Of a stretch of DNA of 64,000 nucleotides, positions 31,052 through 40,690 are shown in pieces. The stretch is from Thermoanaerobaculia bacterium (lineage in GTDB: Bacteria; Acidobacteriota; Thermoanaerobaculia; Multivoradales; Multivoraceae): positions 2,240,001 to 2,304,000 of the forward strand of contig OY761158.1 of NCBI GenBank assembly GCA_963664405.1. Reading direction: 5' to 3'. A program made the translations under genes and the position numbers. The notes beneath the pieces are model-generated. The model made no database searches and was not told the origin of the DNA. It was given only the letters and a program-made list of their open reading frames with translations. The stretch's first letter is position 1. Each line of letters begins with the position of its first letter.

Positions 31052-32917
31052 ATGCCGAAACCTCGCCACCTCTTCCTTGCCGCCCATCTGGCTCTTTTGA
31101 CAGCGGTCTCTTCTACCGCGATCGCCGGAGAGGCTGTGCAGTACCGTGTCTCTTTCCCGAATCGAGCTCATCACGAGGCCGAAGTCGAGATCGCCTTCCA
31201 CGGCCTACCTCCGGGACCTCTGGAAGTTCGGATGAGTCGCTCTTCGCCTGGCCGCTACAGTCTCCACGACTTCGCGCGCAACGTATACGCCTTCACCGCC
31301 TCCGATGACGAGGGGGGAACGCTGAAGGTCAGCCGGCCCGACCCCTACGGATGGACGGTCTCCGGACCTCGCTCAGGCGACACCATCAGAGTGGGCTACA
31401 CCGTCTACGGCGACTTCATGTCGGGTACCTACTCCGCAATCGACGACAGCCATGCTCACCTCAACCCCCCTTCCGTCTTCGCATGGGCGCGCGGCCTCGG
31501 GGAGCGCCCGATCGAGCTGGTCATCGAAGCGCCTGGGAGTGAATGGAGAGTCGCAAGCCAGCTTCAGCCGACAGAGGACCCGCTGGTCTACCGAGCACCC
31601 CACCTTCAGTACTTTCTCGACAGTCCCCTCGAGATCGGTGATTTCGAGTGGGTCGAGTGGGTCGTCGGCGAGGGCGACGAAGAACAGACTCTAAGGATCG
31701 CGATCCATCATCAAGGCAGCCGCGACCAAGTCGCCGGCTACGCCGAGATGGCGAAGGCGGTCGTCACTCAAGCAACGGCGGTCTTCGGCGAGCTGCCGCG
31801 CTTCGACTACAAAACCTACACCTTCATCGCCGACTATCTTCCTTGGGCCAACGGAGACGCGATGGAGCATCGCAACTCGACAGTCCTGGTCAGCTCACGC
31901 TCGCTCCAGCGGAGCTCCATCGCACTCATCGAGACTCTCTCGCACGAGTTTCTCCACGTCTGGAACGTCGAGCGCATTCGCCCCGCGACCCTGGAGCCCT
32001 TCGACTTCGAGGGGGGCAACATGTCGGGAGAGCTCTTCTTCGCCGAAGGGTTCACCAACTACTACGACGGGCTGCTACTCGCCCGCGCAGGGCACTGGAG
32101 CTTTGAGCGCTTCGTCGAAGACCTCTCCAAGACCGTCGACAGGATCCAGAACAGCCCTGCCGTCGCGCAGCGCTCGCCGGTCCAGATGAGTGAGCTCGCC
32201 GCCTTTCACGATGGCAGCACCTGGGCCGACCCTCAGAACTCGAGAAACACCTTCTTCTCCTACTACCGCTACGGCGATGCTATTGCTCTTGCCCTCGACC
32301 TCAGCCTTCGCTCACGATACGACTCTTCTCTCGACCGCTTGATGGCCGAAATGTGGCACAGACATGGAAAGAGCGAGCGCTCCTACTCGCTCGAGGACCT
32401 TCAGACCGTCCTCGCCGAGGTTTCCGACGCCGCCTTTGCCGAGGCGTTCTTCCGTCGGCACATCTTCGGGCGAGAGAGCCACGACTATGAAGCACTACTC
32501 GAGCCGGCGGCTCTCTTGCTTCGGCCCGCCCATCCCCAACGGGCCTGGATCGGTGCAACCCCTCTGGTTTTTGAGGATCGGGGCGCCCGTCTCGACGGTC
32601 CGACTCTGATCGGCACTCCACTCTACGAGGCAGGGCTCGACAGGGGTGACGTGTTAGTGGCCTTGGACGGCAGAAGGTTGCGACGCAACAAGAACTTAGA
32701 TCGCGTTCTCGACCGTCACCAGGCCGGAGAGGAGCTCCTGGCCGAGGTGGTCACGCGCTCGGGCCGAAGAGTCGAGACCCTGCTGCGCCTGATCGCCGAC
32801 CCCGGGCTGGAGGTCGTGACCTTCGAATCCGCCGGCATGACGGTGTCGGAGCAGCAAAGCTCCTTTCGCGCAAAGTGGCTTGCCTCCGGCACATCTGGAG
32901 TCCCTGGAGACCCATGA
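31052..32917 (+). CDS. M61 family (glycyl aminopeptidase-like) metallopeptidase with PDZ domain
   Basis: PGRY, DSPLE, MEHRNST, HEFLHVWNVERIRP, AEGFTNYY, AGLDRGDVLVALDG. Confidence 0.92.
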   Translation: MPKPRHLFLAAHLALLTAVSSTAIAGEAVQYRVSFPNRAHHEAEVEIAFHGLPPGPLEVRMSRSSPGRYSLHDFARNVYAFTASDDEGGTLKVSRPDPYGWTVSGPRSGDTIRVGYTVYGDFMSGTYSAIDDSHAHLNPPSVFAWARGLGERPIELVIEAPGSEWRVASQLQPTEDPLVYRAPHLQYFLDSPLEIGDFEWVEWVVGEGDEEQTLRIAIHHQGSRDQVAGYAEMAKAVVTQATAVFGELPRFDYKTYTFIADYLPWANGDAMEHRNSTVLVSSRSLQRSSIALIETLSHEFLHVWNVERIRPATLEPFDFEGGNMSGELFFAEGFTNYYDGLLLARAGHWSFERFVEDLSKTVDRIQNSPAVAQRSPVQMSELAAFHDGSTWADPQNSRNTFFSYYRYGDAIALALDLSLRSRYDSSLDRLMAEMWHRHGKSERSYSLEDLQTVLAEVSDAAFAEAFFRRHIFGRESHDYEALLEPAALLLRPAHPQRAWIGATPLVFEDRGARLDGPTLIGTPLYEAGLDRGDVLVALDGRRLRRNKNLDRVLDRHQAGEELLAEVVTRSGRRVETLLRLIADPGLEVVTFESAGMTVSEQQSSFRAKWLASGTSGVPGDP

Positions 32918-33459
32918 CCGACCTCCCCCACGCCTTCGTGTCCTTCAAGCCCGCGGCCATGGCGGCGCTCACACTGGCTCTGGTCGCGACTCACAGCGAA
33001 GGCCAAGTCTACGATCAGAAGATCGCGCTGGTCGGCCACGACTCCTTCGAGATCCAGATCACCGGTCTCGACAGCATGGCAGCCCAGAAGATCGGTCTCG
33101 ATCCAGCGGAGCTCTTGGAGCGTATGCGACGGCGCCTGGAAAAGGCGGGCATAACGATCGAAGCGGTCTCGGACGAGGGGGCTCGCGCCCTCCTGAATCT
33201 CAAGATCATCCTCGCCCACAACGAAGAGCTCGAGTTGGCGGTCTCAACGGTAGAGGTATTGGTGAAACAAGGGATTCTCGACCCCGAAGGCAGGGTCCTC
33301 TATATCTCCACCTGGAGCTCAGGCGGCTGGGTGGGCGCCTCGGTTCTAGGCCGTGCGAGGAGCGAGATCGAGGCGGCGGCCACCGGGCAGATCGATCGAT
33401 TCATCGCTGACTACCTAGCGGTCCGCCGCGCCGCGGTGAAGAGCTCACCTGAGCCCTGA
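32914..33459 (+). CDS. Hypothetical exported protein
   Basis: ATGA overlap with the M61 stop; hydrophobic leader. Confidence 0.6.
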   Translation: MTDLPHAFVSFKPAAMAALTLALVATHSEGQVYDQKIALVGHDSFEIQITGLDSMAAQKIGLDPAELLERMRRRLEKAGITIEAVSDEGARALLNLKIILAHNEELELAVSTVEVLVKQGILDPEGRVLYISTWSSGGWVGASVLGRARSEIEAAATGQIDRFIADYLAVRRAAVKSSPEP

Positions 33460-34251
33460 GTAGAGCTCGAGAAGCCGAGACTCGTCCTCGGGCATCAGCG
33501 GGCGGAAAGTGGATGGACCCTCTGGCCGCGACACCGTTTCACACGGAAGGCACATCAGGGCCGTCGGCTCGTCGTGGTGAGTGAGGCCCACGACATGCCC
33601 GAGCTCGTGTGCGATCACATTACGGGTGATCGTCGCGTCAGCCGCGGAGTCATCTCCGGCAGCGCTGATGGCGACGAAGAACCTCGACTCCCCCGGCCGT
33701 GGCCAGGCAAAAGGCATCAGCTTCTGCGTCGACAGCAAGACAACGACATCGGCGTCGATGGCGGTTAGCTCGCTGGGACGAGCATGGGGATCGAAAGACC
33801 CGGGTCGGCCTGCAAACTGCGAGATCCGGCGAGCGTAGGTCTCGAGGGCCCGGTTCGAGACCGGAGAGACGACGACATCGGCGTCTGGCAGCACCGGCTC
33901 GAGGCCGAGGTCGGCGAAAACCCGCGCCCAAAACTCGATAGCCTCGATTACGAACGCAATCCGGGCGTCCCCTGCACTGGGACTGACGACAACAATTCGA
34001 CTACCAGCAGGGGGCTCACCGGCACAAAGGGACGGCGAGGGAAGGCTCGCAGCCAGCAAGACGGCGACTAGACCAGCGTTTCCAAAGTTCGCGCACATAT
34101 CTCGGCCCCTTCTGCCCGCTGCCGGCGTTGCGCCTCCTCGACATATTGCCCAATATGCCTGCGTCGGCGCGCCTGGCCAGCGAACAGAATGAGCTCGAGC
34201 TATGCAGCACGAACTTTGGAAATGCTGGTCTAGGTGCCAAGTGCTCTTCAT
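33445..34251 (-). CDS. Matrixin-like metzincin protease with in-frame MITE in its signal peptide
   Basis: HELGHVVGLTH zinc motif and ALM Met-turn; removing the MITE gives MKSTWHLVAVLLAASLPSPSLCA. Confidence 0.8.
   Translation of the reverse strand: MKSTWHLDQHFQSSCCIARAHSVRWPGAPTQAYWAICRGGATPAAGRRGRDMCANFGNAGLVAVLLAASLPSPSLCAGEPPAGSRIVVVSPSAGDARIAFVIEAIEFWARVFADLGLEPVLPDADVVVSPVSNRALETYARRISQFAGRPGSFDPHARPSELTAIDADVVVLLSTQKLMPFAWPRPGESRFFVAISAAGDDSAADATITRNVIAHELGHVVGLTHHDEPTALMCLPCETVSRPEGPSTFRPLMPEDESRLLELYSGLR
34068..34233. mobile_element. MITE family F1, copy 2 (166 bp), intragenic
   Basis: Same TIRs and body as 6483-6661; CTAG at both ends. Confidence 0.9.
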
Positions 34252-34350
34252 CGTCCGCCACCTGAGAAGGGACTTCCCCGGCAAGCCGATCGTAGCGTAT
34301 GGGTGTGGGGCTAGAGGGGTACCCCTTCAGACATGCTAGCCTGAGAGATC

Positions 34351-35496
34351 ATGCCTGAGCCCATCGTCGATTTCAGAGTAGGTCTGACCGACCCGGCTTC
34401 CTTTCCGGTCGAAGAGCTTGCACTCGCCGCCGCCGAGGCGGTCAGCTCGGTGGCCGATGACTTCGTCTTCTATCCGGGACCACTGGGGCACGCCGGACTT
34501 CGCCAAGTGCTTGCGGCAAGAGAGTCGAAGCGCGAGGGCATCGAGGTCGACCCGGACCACCTCGCCCTCACCAACGGCTCGATGCAGGCAGTAGCTCTGG
34601 TCGCCCAAGCCTTGATGCAGGCTCCTGGCGACGTCATCATCACCGAAGAGCTCACTTACTCGGGCACCATAAATGCCTATAAAGAACTGGGCGCGCGCCT
34701 GGTCGGCATCCCGGTCGATGAAGACGGCATGCGTGTCGATGTCCTCGCAGAGAAGCTGGAGCAGCTCGCCAAGCAAGGCACCCCACCACGATTCATCTAT
34801 ACGCTGCCGACCTATCAGAATCCTACCGGCGCCATTATGCCGGTCGAACGGCGCCATGCGCTGCTGAGGATCGCTCGCCAATTCGACATCCTCATCGTCG
34901 AAGACAATTGCTACGGCGACGTGCACTTCGAGGGCGAAGTGCCACCCTCCCTCTACGCCCTGGCTGAGAAGGGCGCCGTGGTCTACATCTGCTCACTGTC
35001 GAAGATCTTCGCCGCCGGTCTGCGGATGGGGTACCTGTTGGCCCAACCGGAACAGCTCGAGCGCATCACCGCCAAGCGCCTCGACCTCGGCAATAGTGTG
35101 CTGGCCGCCAGCATCTGCGCAGCCTTCCTCGAGAAACGGCTGTGGGAGCACGTCGAGCGACATAACGCGGCCCTGGACGAGAAACGCAGAGCGCTTCTGA
35201 GCTCTCTCGACGAGCATTTGGCCGACCTCTGTCACTGGACGGCCCCGCGTGGCGGTCTCTTCTTGTGGCTCCAACTGCCTTCTGACATCGACCTCGATCT
35301 GCTCGATGAGCTCAGCGCGGAGCGCGGTGTCGGCTATGCCCCGGGATCCGCCTTCCACATCGAGGGAGACCGCGTGCCCGCGATTCGGCTCGCCTTCGGC
35401 TATCCGGCCGCCGCGGAGATCCGGCGCGGTGTGGGCATCCTCACCGGGTGCATCCGCGACGCCTGCGCCACCACGCTTCGGCAAGCATCGCTGTAG
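34351..35496 (+). CDS. PLP-dependent aminotransferase (class I/II, LysN/MocR-like)
   Basis: TNGSMQA, YQNPTG, EDNCYG, SLSKIFAAGLRMGY, GGLFLW. Confidence 0.92.
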   Translation: MPEPIVDFRVGLTDPASFPVEELALAAAEAVSSVADDFVFYPGPLGHAGLRQVLAARESKREGIEVDPDHLALTNGSMQAVALVAQALMQAPGDVIITEELTYSGTINAYKELGARLVGIPVDEDGMRVDVLAEKLEQLAKQGTPPRFIYTLPTYQNPTGAIMPVERRHALLRIARQFDILIVEDNCYGDVHFEGEVPPSLYALAEKGAVVYICSLSKIFAAGLRMGYLLAQPEQLERITAKRLDLGNSVLAASICAAFLEKRLWEHVERHNAALDEKRRALLSSLDEHLADLCHWTAPRGGLFLWLQLPSDIDLDLLDELSAERGVGYAPGSAFHIEGDRVPAIRLAFGYPAAAEIRRGVGILTGCIRDACATTLRQASL

Positions 35497-35507
35497 CTCG
35501 CCCGGGC

Positions 35508-36806
35508 ATGCCAGCAGCATCGCTACGGCGTATCAGGCTCTTTCGGCTACTCACAGCCCTGATCGTCGTTGTCGCGCTGGAGCTGATCTCGCTTGCACTC
35601 CTGACCCTCGGTGTCGGCGGCTCGGAGCGGACGAGCGGCCTGAGTGAGCCCGTCGACCCGGAGACCGCGTCACCAAGCTCGACCCCCCTCGCACCGGGCT
35701 CAGTGGAGATGCTGCAGCGAGAGGTCATCCACCCCTATCTCGGATACGTCCTCGATGCTCCTTTCCAAGTGCGGACAGGAGAGTCGGCAGCGCAAGGAAT
35801 CGAATACGGCTTCGCCATCGACCAGGAGCTCTTTCAGAAACGCCAAGAGGGCCGCCTGGTGGTAGCCCTCACCGGCGGCTCTCTGGCTTTCAGTCTCGGC
35901 TCGCGCAGCTCCCACCTTCTCCGCCGCGAAATCGGCGCTGCCGACAGCGGCACGGGCCGGAGCGTCGACGAGGTCGTTCTTCTCAATCTCGCCCTACCCG
36001 GCTACAAGCAGCCCCAACAGTTGATGCTGCTCAACTACCTGCTCGCGCTCGGCGCCCAATTCGATCTCGTGGTGAATATCGATGGCTTCAACGAGATCGC
36101 TCTGGCCCCCGCCGAGAACCTCGACAAAGGCGTGTCCCTCCACTTCCCGCGCAGCTGGTACTTCCGCGTCAACCCTGAGCTCGATCCCGAGATCAAGCTC
36201 CGCGTCGAGGAAGTGGCCTATCTGAAGCGCGACATCGCGCAACGGGCCACCCGCCTCGAGAGCTCGCCGGCGCGTTACAGCAGCACTTGGCGACTCCTCT
36301 ACAGCCTGAGTCTGCAACGGCAGGCAGATAGGAGGAACGTTCTCGAATCAGAGCTCGTCGCTGCGCGAGAGCAGTTCGGAGCTGCCTACGTAGTCACGGG
36401 GCCGCGCAAGGAATACCCTGACATGGCCTCGATGTACGACGAGCTGGTACGGCTCTGGGCAACTACGTCTCGCTTGATGCACCAGCTCTGCACCACCAAC
36501 GGCATTCGATACTTCCATTTCTTGCAGCCCAACCAATACGTCGCTGATACGAAGCCGATGGGAGACGTGGAGCGTCGGCTTGCCTTGTCTCAAGAGAGAG
36601 GCTGGGGACGCTTCGTCAAAAACGGCTACCCGAAGCTCATCGAAGCAGTAGGAAAGCTACAGGACCAGGGCGTGCCGGTCTACGACCTGACAGAGCTCTT
36701 TGCCGACGTCGATGAGCCCATCTACGAAGACGGCTGCTGTCATATCAACCGCGAAGGCGAAGAATTCCTCTCGCGAGCGATCGGTACTAGAGTATTGAGA
36801 CCTTGA
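35508..36806 (+). CDS. Membrane-anchored SGNH/GDSL-like protein
   Basis: N-terminal TM, TGGSLA, NLALPGY, IDGFNE, D..CH. Confidence 0.6.
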   Translation: MPAASLRRIRLFRLLTALIVVVALELISLALLTLGVGGSERTSGLSEPVDPETASPSSTPLAPGSVEMLQREVIHPYLGYVLDAPFQVRTGESAAQGIEYGFAIDQELFQKRQEGRLVVALTGGSLAFSLGSRSSHLLRREIGAADSGTGRSVDEVVLLNLALPGYKQPQQLMLLNYLLALGAQFDLVVNIDGFNEIALAPAENLDKGVSLHFPRSWYFRVNPELDPEIKLRVEEVAYLKRDIAQRATRLESSPARYSSTWRLLYSLSLQRQADRRNVLESELVAAREQFGAAYVVTGPRKEYPDMASMYDELVRLWATTSRLMHQLCTTNGIRYFHFLQPNQYVADTKPMGDVERRLALSQERGWGRFVKNGYPKLIEAVGKLQDQGVPVYDLTELFADVDEPIYEDGCCHINREGEEFLSRAIGTRVLRP

Positions 36807-38158
36807 GTCTGAGGTCTCGTTTCTTCATCGCACTTGTAGCGTGTTGTAGCGCGCTCTGCGGCCAGGCCGTCCCCTTCGCTGAAAACGGCGGCCTGAAGAT
36901 GCTCTACGACAACCGCATGTATCCGCAGGCCCTCGAGCACCAGGGGCAGGTCTTCATGGTCTGGCGCGCCAAGTCCGGACTCCCTCATATCCGCTCCTAT
37001 GATCGCAAGAGCGGTGGCTTCTCCGAGCCCTTCTCTCTGGTGGAGAGCATGGACGAGCTGCTCGACGCGCCGAAGTACAAGCGAGATCACCATTATGCAC
37101 CGATACTCTGGAACGACAGCAGCGGCCATCTGCACGTCCTTTTCGGCTGCCACGTAACCTCAGGAGGCGTCCACCTGGTCTCGAAGCAGCCTTGGAACAT
37201 CGCGGGATGGAGACAAGGACCGGCGATCGCACCAAGCATCTCTTATCCCAAGGCTCACCGTCTCGGCGACAGCGAGATTCTTCTCTACTTTCGTCACCAA
37301 GGGCATCTTGGTTACTGGACCTACCGCATATCCGGCGATGACGGAGAGACGTGGACCGGGCCCGAAGCACCTCCGATCGACCTCAGCCTAGAACCGTACG
37401 ACGGCGCCCATGCCGAGCACGCAGGCTCGTACCACACGACACGCGTCAGTAGAGACGGCAGGAGCCTTCATATCGCTTTCATCTGGAAAGTCGAAAAGCC
37501 GCTCTTCAACTCTCGCTACGAGGGGCAGCTCTCCGACCACACGCATCGCTACAACCTCTACTACCTCAAGGTCGACCTGCTCACCGGAAAGGCCCATACC
37601 TACGAGGGCGACGAGCTCGAGACGCCGGTCCGGAAAGGGGTCGCGGACCGGCAATGCCTAATCTGGAACACCGACGAGCGAGTTGCGGCGGTCGGGCCTT
37701 CGATCTATCTCGACGAAGACGACGATCCCTATTTTCTGCTGCCGGTGTCGGGTAAGACACCGTATCGCTCCACTTTCTACTTCGTCAGGCGCGGCAAGGA
37801 TCGCTGGGTCAAAACCGCCTTCTCGGGAACCTCGCATCCGTTCAACTCCAGCCACCTCGACCGGGCCGACGACGGTACTTTCAGAGCAGTTCTGGTGATC
37901 GGAGAAGGGGAAAGCCACTCCGAGGACGACATGGACATCTACGGTTGGGGAACGAGAATCGAAGAGTGGGTCTCGGACCCCAGTGGCGAGAACTGGAAGT
38001 TCGCCCGTAACCTGAGCGCCGAGCCGGGAACCAAGTATCAGAACATCCAGTTCGTCTCACGGGCTTCGGGGGAAAGGGCCAAAGACCTGCTTCTCTTCTA
38101 CGGCTGGCGAGAGACTTTCGGAACCGGCACCGGCTTCCTCTGGCAAGCAGGCGAGTGA
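36803..38158 (+). CDS. BNR-repeat (BNR-4-like) exported protein
   Basis: DHHYAP..D.SGHLHVLFGCH, SYP, ISGDDGETW Asp-box, NLYY. Confidence 0.75.
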   Translation: MSLRSRFFIALVACCSALCGQAVPFAENGGLKMLYDNRMYPQALEHQGQVFMVWRAKSGLPHIRSYDRKSGGFSEPFSLVESMDELLDAPKYKRDHHYAPILWNDSSGHLHVLFGCHVTSGGVHLVSKQPWNIAGWRQGPAIAPSISYPKAHRLGDSEILLYFRHQGHLGYWTYRISGDDGETWTGPEAPPIDLSLEPYDGAHAEHAGSYHTTRVSRDGRSLHIAFIWKVEKPLFNSRYEGQLSDHTHRYNLYYLKVDLLTGKAHTYEGDELETPVRKGVADRQCLIWNTDERVAAVGPSIYLDEDDDPYFLLPVSGKTPYRSTFYFVRRGKDRWVKTAFSGTSHPFNSSHLDRADDGTFRAVLVIGEGESHSEDDMDIYGWGTRIEEWVSDPSGENWKFARNLSAEPGTKYQNIQFVSRASGERAKDLLLFYGWRETFGTGTGFLWQAGE

Positions 38159-38162
38159 CGCC

Positions 38163-38903
38163 GTGTACGAGCTCGCGCCGGACCTCTTCGTAGAGGACTC
38201 CTGGGTCCGCTTTTACGGCGTGCATCTCAGCACGCGAATGGCCGTGGTCCGACTGAGCGGCGATCGCCTCTTCGTCTACTCGCCGACATTCCTGACCCCG
38301 GACCTCAAACATGATCTCGAAGAGCTCGGCCAGGTCAGCTACGTGATCTCCCCCAACAAGATCCACAACCAGACGCTGGTCCGATTCCTCGCCGCCTTTC
38401 CTGCAGCGCGTTTCTGCGCCCCTCCGGGTTTGGCGCTCCGTCGACCGGACCTGAGATGTGAGGACCGGCTCACGGATCGCCCCGACCCGGAGTGGAGTGA
38501 CGAGCTCGATCAAGCCTTGACGCAGGGCAACGTGTTCTTTTCCGAGGCGTTGTTCCTGCATCGAGCCTCGCGGACCCTGATGGTAGGGGATCTGGTCGAG
38601 AACCTCGACCGCCACACCGTAGCCTCCTTCGCACTCGTCCTCGGAAGAATCTTCGGCGTCAGGAAGGGACCGGCACCCTCTCCCGAGTTTCGCCTTTACA
38701 CCTTCGAGGCCGACGAGGCAGAGCGCGCTTTCGAGCGGCCGCGGAGCTGGGACTTCGACCGAATTTTTCTCTGCCACGGAGGGTTGATCGAAGAAGACGC
38801 CGGGGCGATCTTCGACGCCGTCTGCGAAGAGATCCTGAGAGTCGCACGCGAGCGAAACCCGCTCGCCCTGAGAGTGCTGCGGTGGCTATCGACCGTTCAG
38901 TGA
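38163..38903 (+). CDS. DUF4336 family protein
   Basis: TRMAVVRL, YSP, ISPNKIH, E..FLH..SRTL..GDL, WDFDRIFLCHG. Confidence 0.85.
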   Translation: MYELAPDLFVEDSWVRFYGVHLSTRMAVVRLSGDRLFVYSPTFLTPDLKHDLEELGQVSYVISPNKIHNQTLVRFLAAFPAARFCAPPGLALRRPDLRCEDRLTDRPDPEWSDELDQALTQGNVFFSEALFLHRASRTLMVGDLVENLDRHTVASFALVLGRIFGVRKGPAPSPEFRLYTFEADEAERAFERPRSWDFDRIFLCHGGLIEEDAGAIFDAVCEEILRVARERNPLALRVLRWLSTVQ

Positions 38904-39021
38904 AGGAGTGAGGAGTGAAGAAGAAAGACCGACCCTGTGATGATGATCACAGAATACTCCGCACTGCCGTAGTGTTTAGACTCTTACGACGTGACTCTCG
39001 ACGCCCCACAGGAGAAGAAAA

Positions 39022-39510
39022 ATGCCTTCGTTCGACATCGTCATTGAAACCGACCTTCAGGAGGTCGACAACGCGCTCAATCAGGCGCGCAAAGAAGTCG
39101 GCCAACGCTATGACTTTCGAGGTAGCAAGAGCCGTATCGACTGGGACAAGAAGGGCGAGATTCTCCTCTTCAGCGATGACGATCATCGGCTGGCGGCCCT
39201 CCTCGACGTAGTGAAAGGACGCTTGGTCAAGCGCGGGGTCTCGATCCGCAACCTCGACGTGCAAGAGTCGACGCCGGCAGCGGACGGCCTGGTCCGGCAG
39301 GTTGTGTCCCTGCAGATCGGGGTACCGAAGGAGACGGCCAAGGAGATCGTCAAGCAGGTGAAGCAGACGAAGCTCAAGGTCCAGGGTCAGATCCAGGAGG
39401 ATCAGGTGCGCATCACCGGCAAGAAGCGTGACGATCTCCAGGAAGTCATGCAGCTGGTTCGCGAAGGTGACTTCCCCTTCGAGTTCAAATTCGTCAACTT
39501 CCGCGACTGA
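39022..39510 (+). CDS. yajQ: YajQ family cyclic-di-GMP/nucleotide-binding protein
   Basis: MPSFDIV, QEVDNA.NQA.KE...RYDFRG, QVRITGKKRDDLQ, F.NFRD. Confidence 0.95.
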   Translation: MPSFDIVIETDLQEVDNALNQARKEVGQRYDFRGSKSRIDWDKKGEILLFSDDDHRLAALLDVVKGRLVKRGVSIRNLDVQESTPAADGLVRQVVSLQIGVPKETAKEIVKQVKQTKLKVQGQIQEDQVRITGKKRDDLQEVMQLVREGDFPFEFKFVNFRD

Positions 39511-39526
39511 AGAGATCCTCACGCCG

Positions 39527-39606
39527 CCACTCCCCACTCCTTACCTCCTACTCCTCACTCCTCACTTCTTCACTCCTTCACTTCTTACTGCTTACTTCTT
39601 ACTCCC
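39527..39606. repeat. Degenerate pyrimidine-rich 7-8-mer tandem repeat (CTCCTCA/CTTCTTA)
   Basis: About 11 units; complementary purine tract at 38899-38923. Confidence 0.75.
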
Positions 39607-39607
39607 A

Positions 39608-40351
39608 ATGAGACTCCTCCTAGTCATCGTAGCCCTCCTCCCGACGCTGGCGGCTTCCGCCGACGAGCCCATCGTGCTCGAGCTCTTCACCTCCCAGGGC
39701 TGCTCCAGCTGCCCGCCGGCGGACCGCCTGCTCAGTGAGGTCGGACGGGACGAGGGGATTATCGCTCTCGCTTTTCATGTCGACTATTGGGACCATCTCG
39801 GATGGCGGGACCCGTATTCTTCTCCGGCCTGGTCGCGGCGACAGGAGCAGTATGCCCGACGGCTGCCGGACGGCCGCTCCTACACTCCTCAACTCGTCCT
39901 CGACGGCCGGGTTCACCTGGTCGGCTCACGCCAAGGGCAGCTGGAGGCGCAAATAGCCCAGCGCCGCACTGAGCCTGCGGTCGCCGGCCTTTCGCTTTCT
40001 TGGCAGCAGGACGAGAAGTCAGCAGGCGGAAGGCGTCTGCGGATCGAGACCGAGCTCTACCAGAAGCTCGGCGGCTCCCTCGACCTCCAGCTGGCGGTGC
40101 TCGAGAGCGGTCTCGACACCGCTGTGTCCCGAGGCGAGAACGCGCGACGAAAACTGCACAACGACTTCGTCGTCCGCGGCATCAGCACGGTCACCTCGAT
40201 CAAGGACCCTGCTCCGGGCCATCGACTAGACCACGCCGAAATACCCCTCGACCCGAGCTGGAACCCCGACGAGCTGAGCGTCGCGGTCCTCCTGCGCCAC
40301 CATGAGTCGCTGAGGATCTTCGCCGCCGCCCGCCTAGACGCCCGACGCTAG
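39608..40351 (+). CDS. DUF1223 thioredoxin-like secreted protein
   Basis: VLELFTSQGCSSCPPAD, FHVDYWDHLGWRDPY, YTPQ, RGENA. Confidence 0.93.
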   Translation: MRLLLVIVALLPTLAASADEPIVLELFTSQGCSSCPPADRLLSEVGRDEGIIALAFHVDYWDHLGWRDPYSSPAWSRRQEQYARRLPDGRSYTPQLVLDGRVHLVGSRQGQLEAQIAQRRTEPAVAGLSLSWQQDEKSAGGRRLRIETELYQKLGGSLDLQLAVLESGLDTAVSRGENARRKLHNDFVVRGISTVTSIKDPAPGHRLDHAEIPLDPSWNPDELSVAVLLRHHESLRIFAAARLDARR

Positions 40352-40515
40352 TGGACCGTAACACCCAAACGTTTAGCGCCTGAGCGGCCCTCGCGGCCGA
40401 TCTCTGCGTTACGCTTCCTCGACATAGTCCCCGCTATGCCTGCGTCAGCGCGCCTTGATCTCGACCACGAAGGACTCACTCAGCCACTAAACGTTCGAGT
40501 GTTACGGTCCACTAG
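40348..40515. mobile_element. MITE family F3 (168 bp)
   Basis: TIRs CTAGTGGACCGTAACAC..AACGTTTAG / CTAAACGTT..GTGTTACGGTCCACTAG; central hairpin related to F1; single copy here. Confidence 0.75.
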
Positions 40516-40690
40516 TCCAGCGCTTCCAAAGTTCGTGCTGCATAGCTCGAGCTCATTCTGTTCGCTGGCCAGGCGCGCCGACACAGGCATATTGGGCAAT
40601 ATGTCGAGGAGCGCGGGGGCGCCTAGCCAACGCCGGCAGCGGGCAGAAGGGGCCGAGATATGTGCGCGAACTTTGGAAGCGCTGGTCTAA
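40512..40690. mobile_element. MITE family F1, copy 3 (179 bp, inverted)
   Basis: Reverse complement of 6483-6661; shares the CTAG at 40512 with F3; ends on the srkA stop. Confidence 0.85.
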
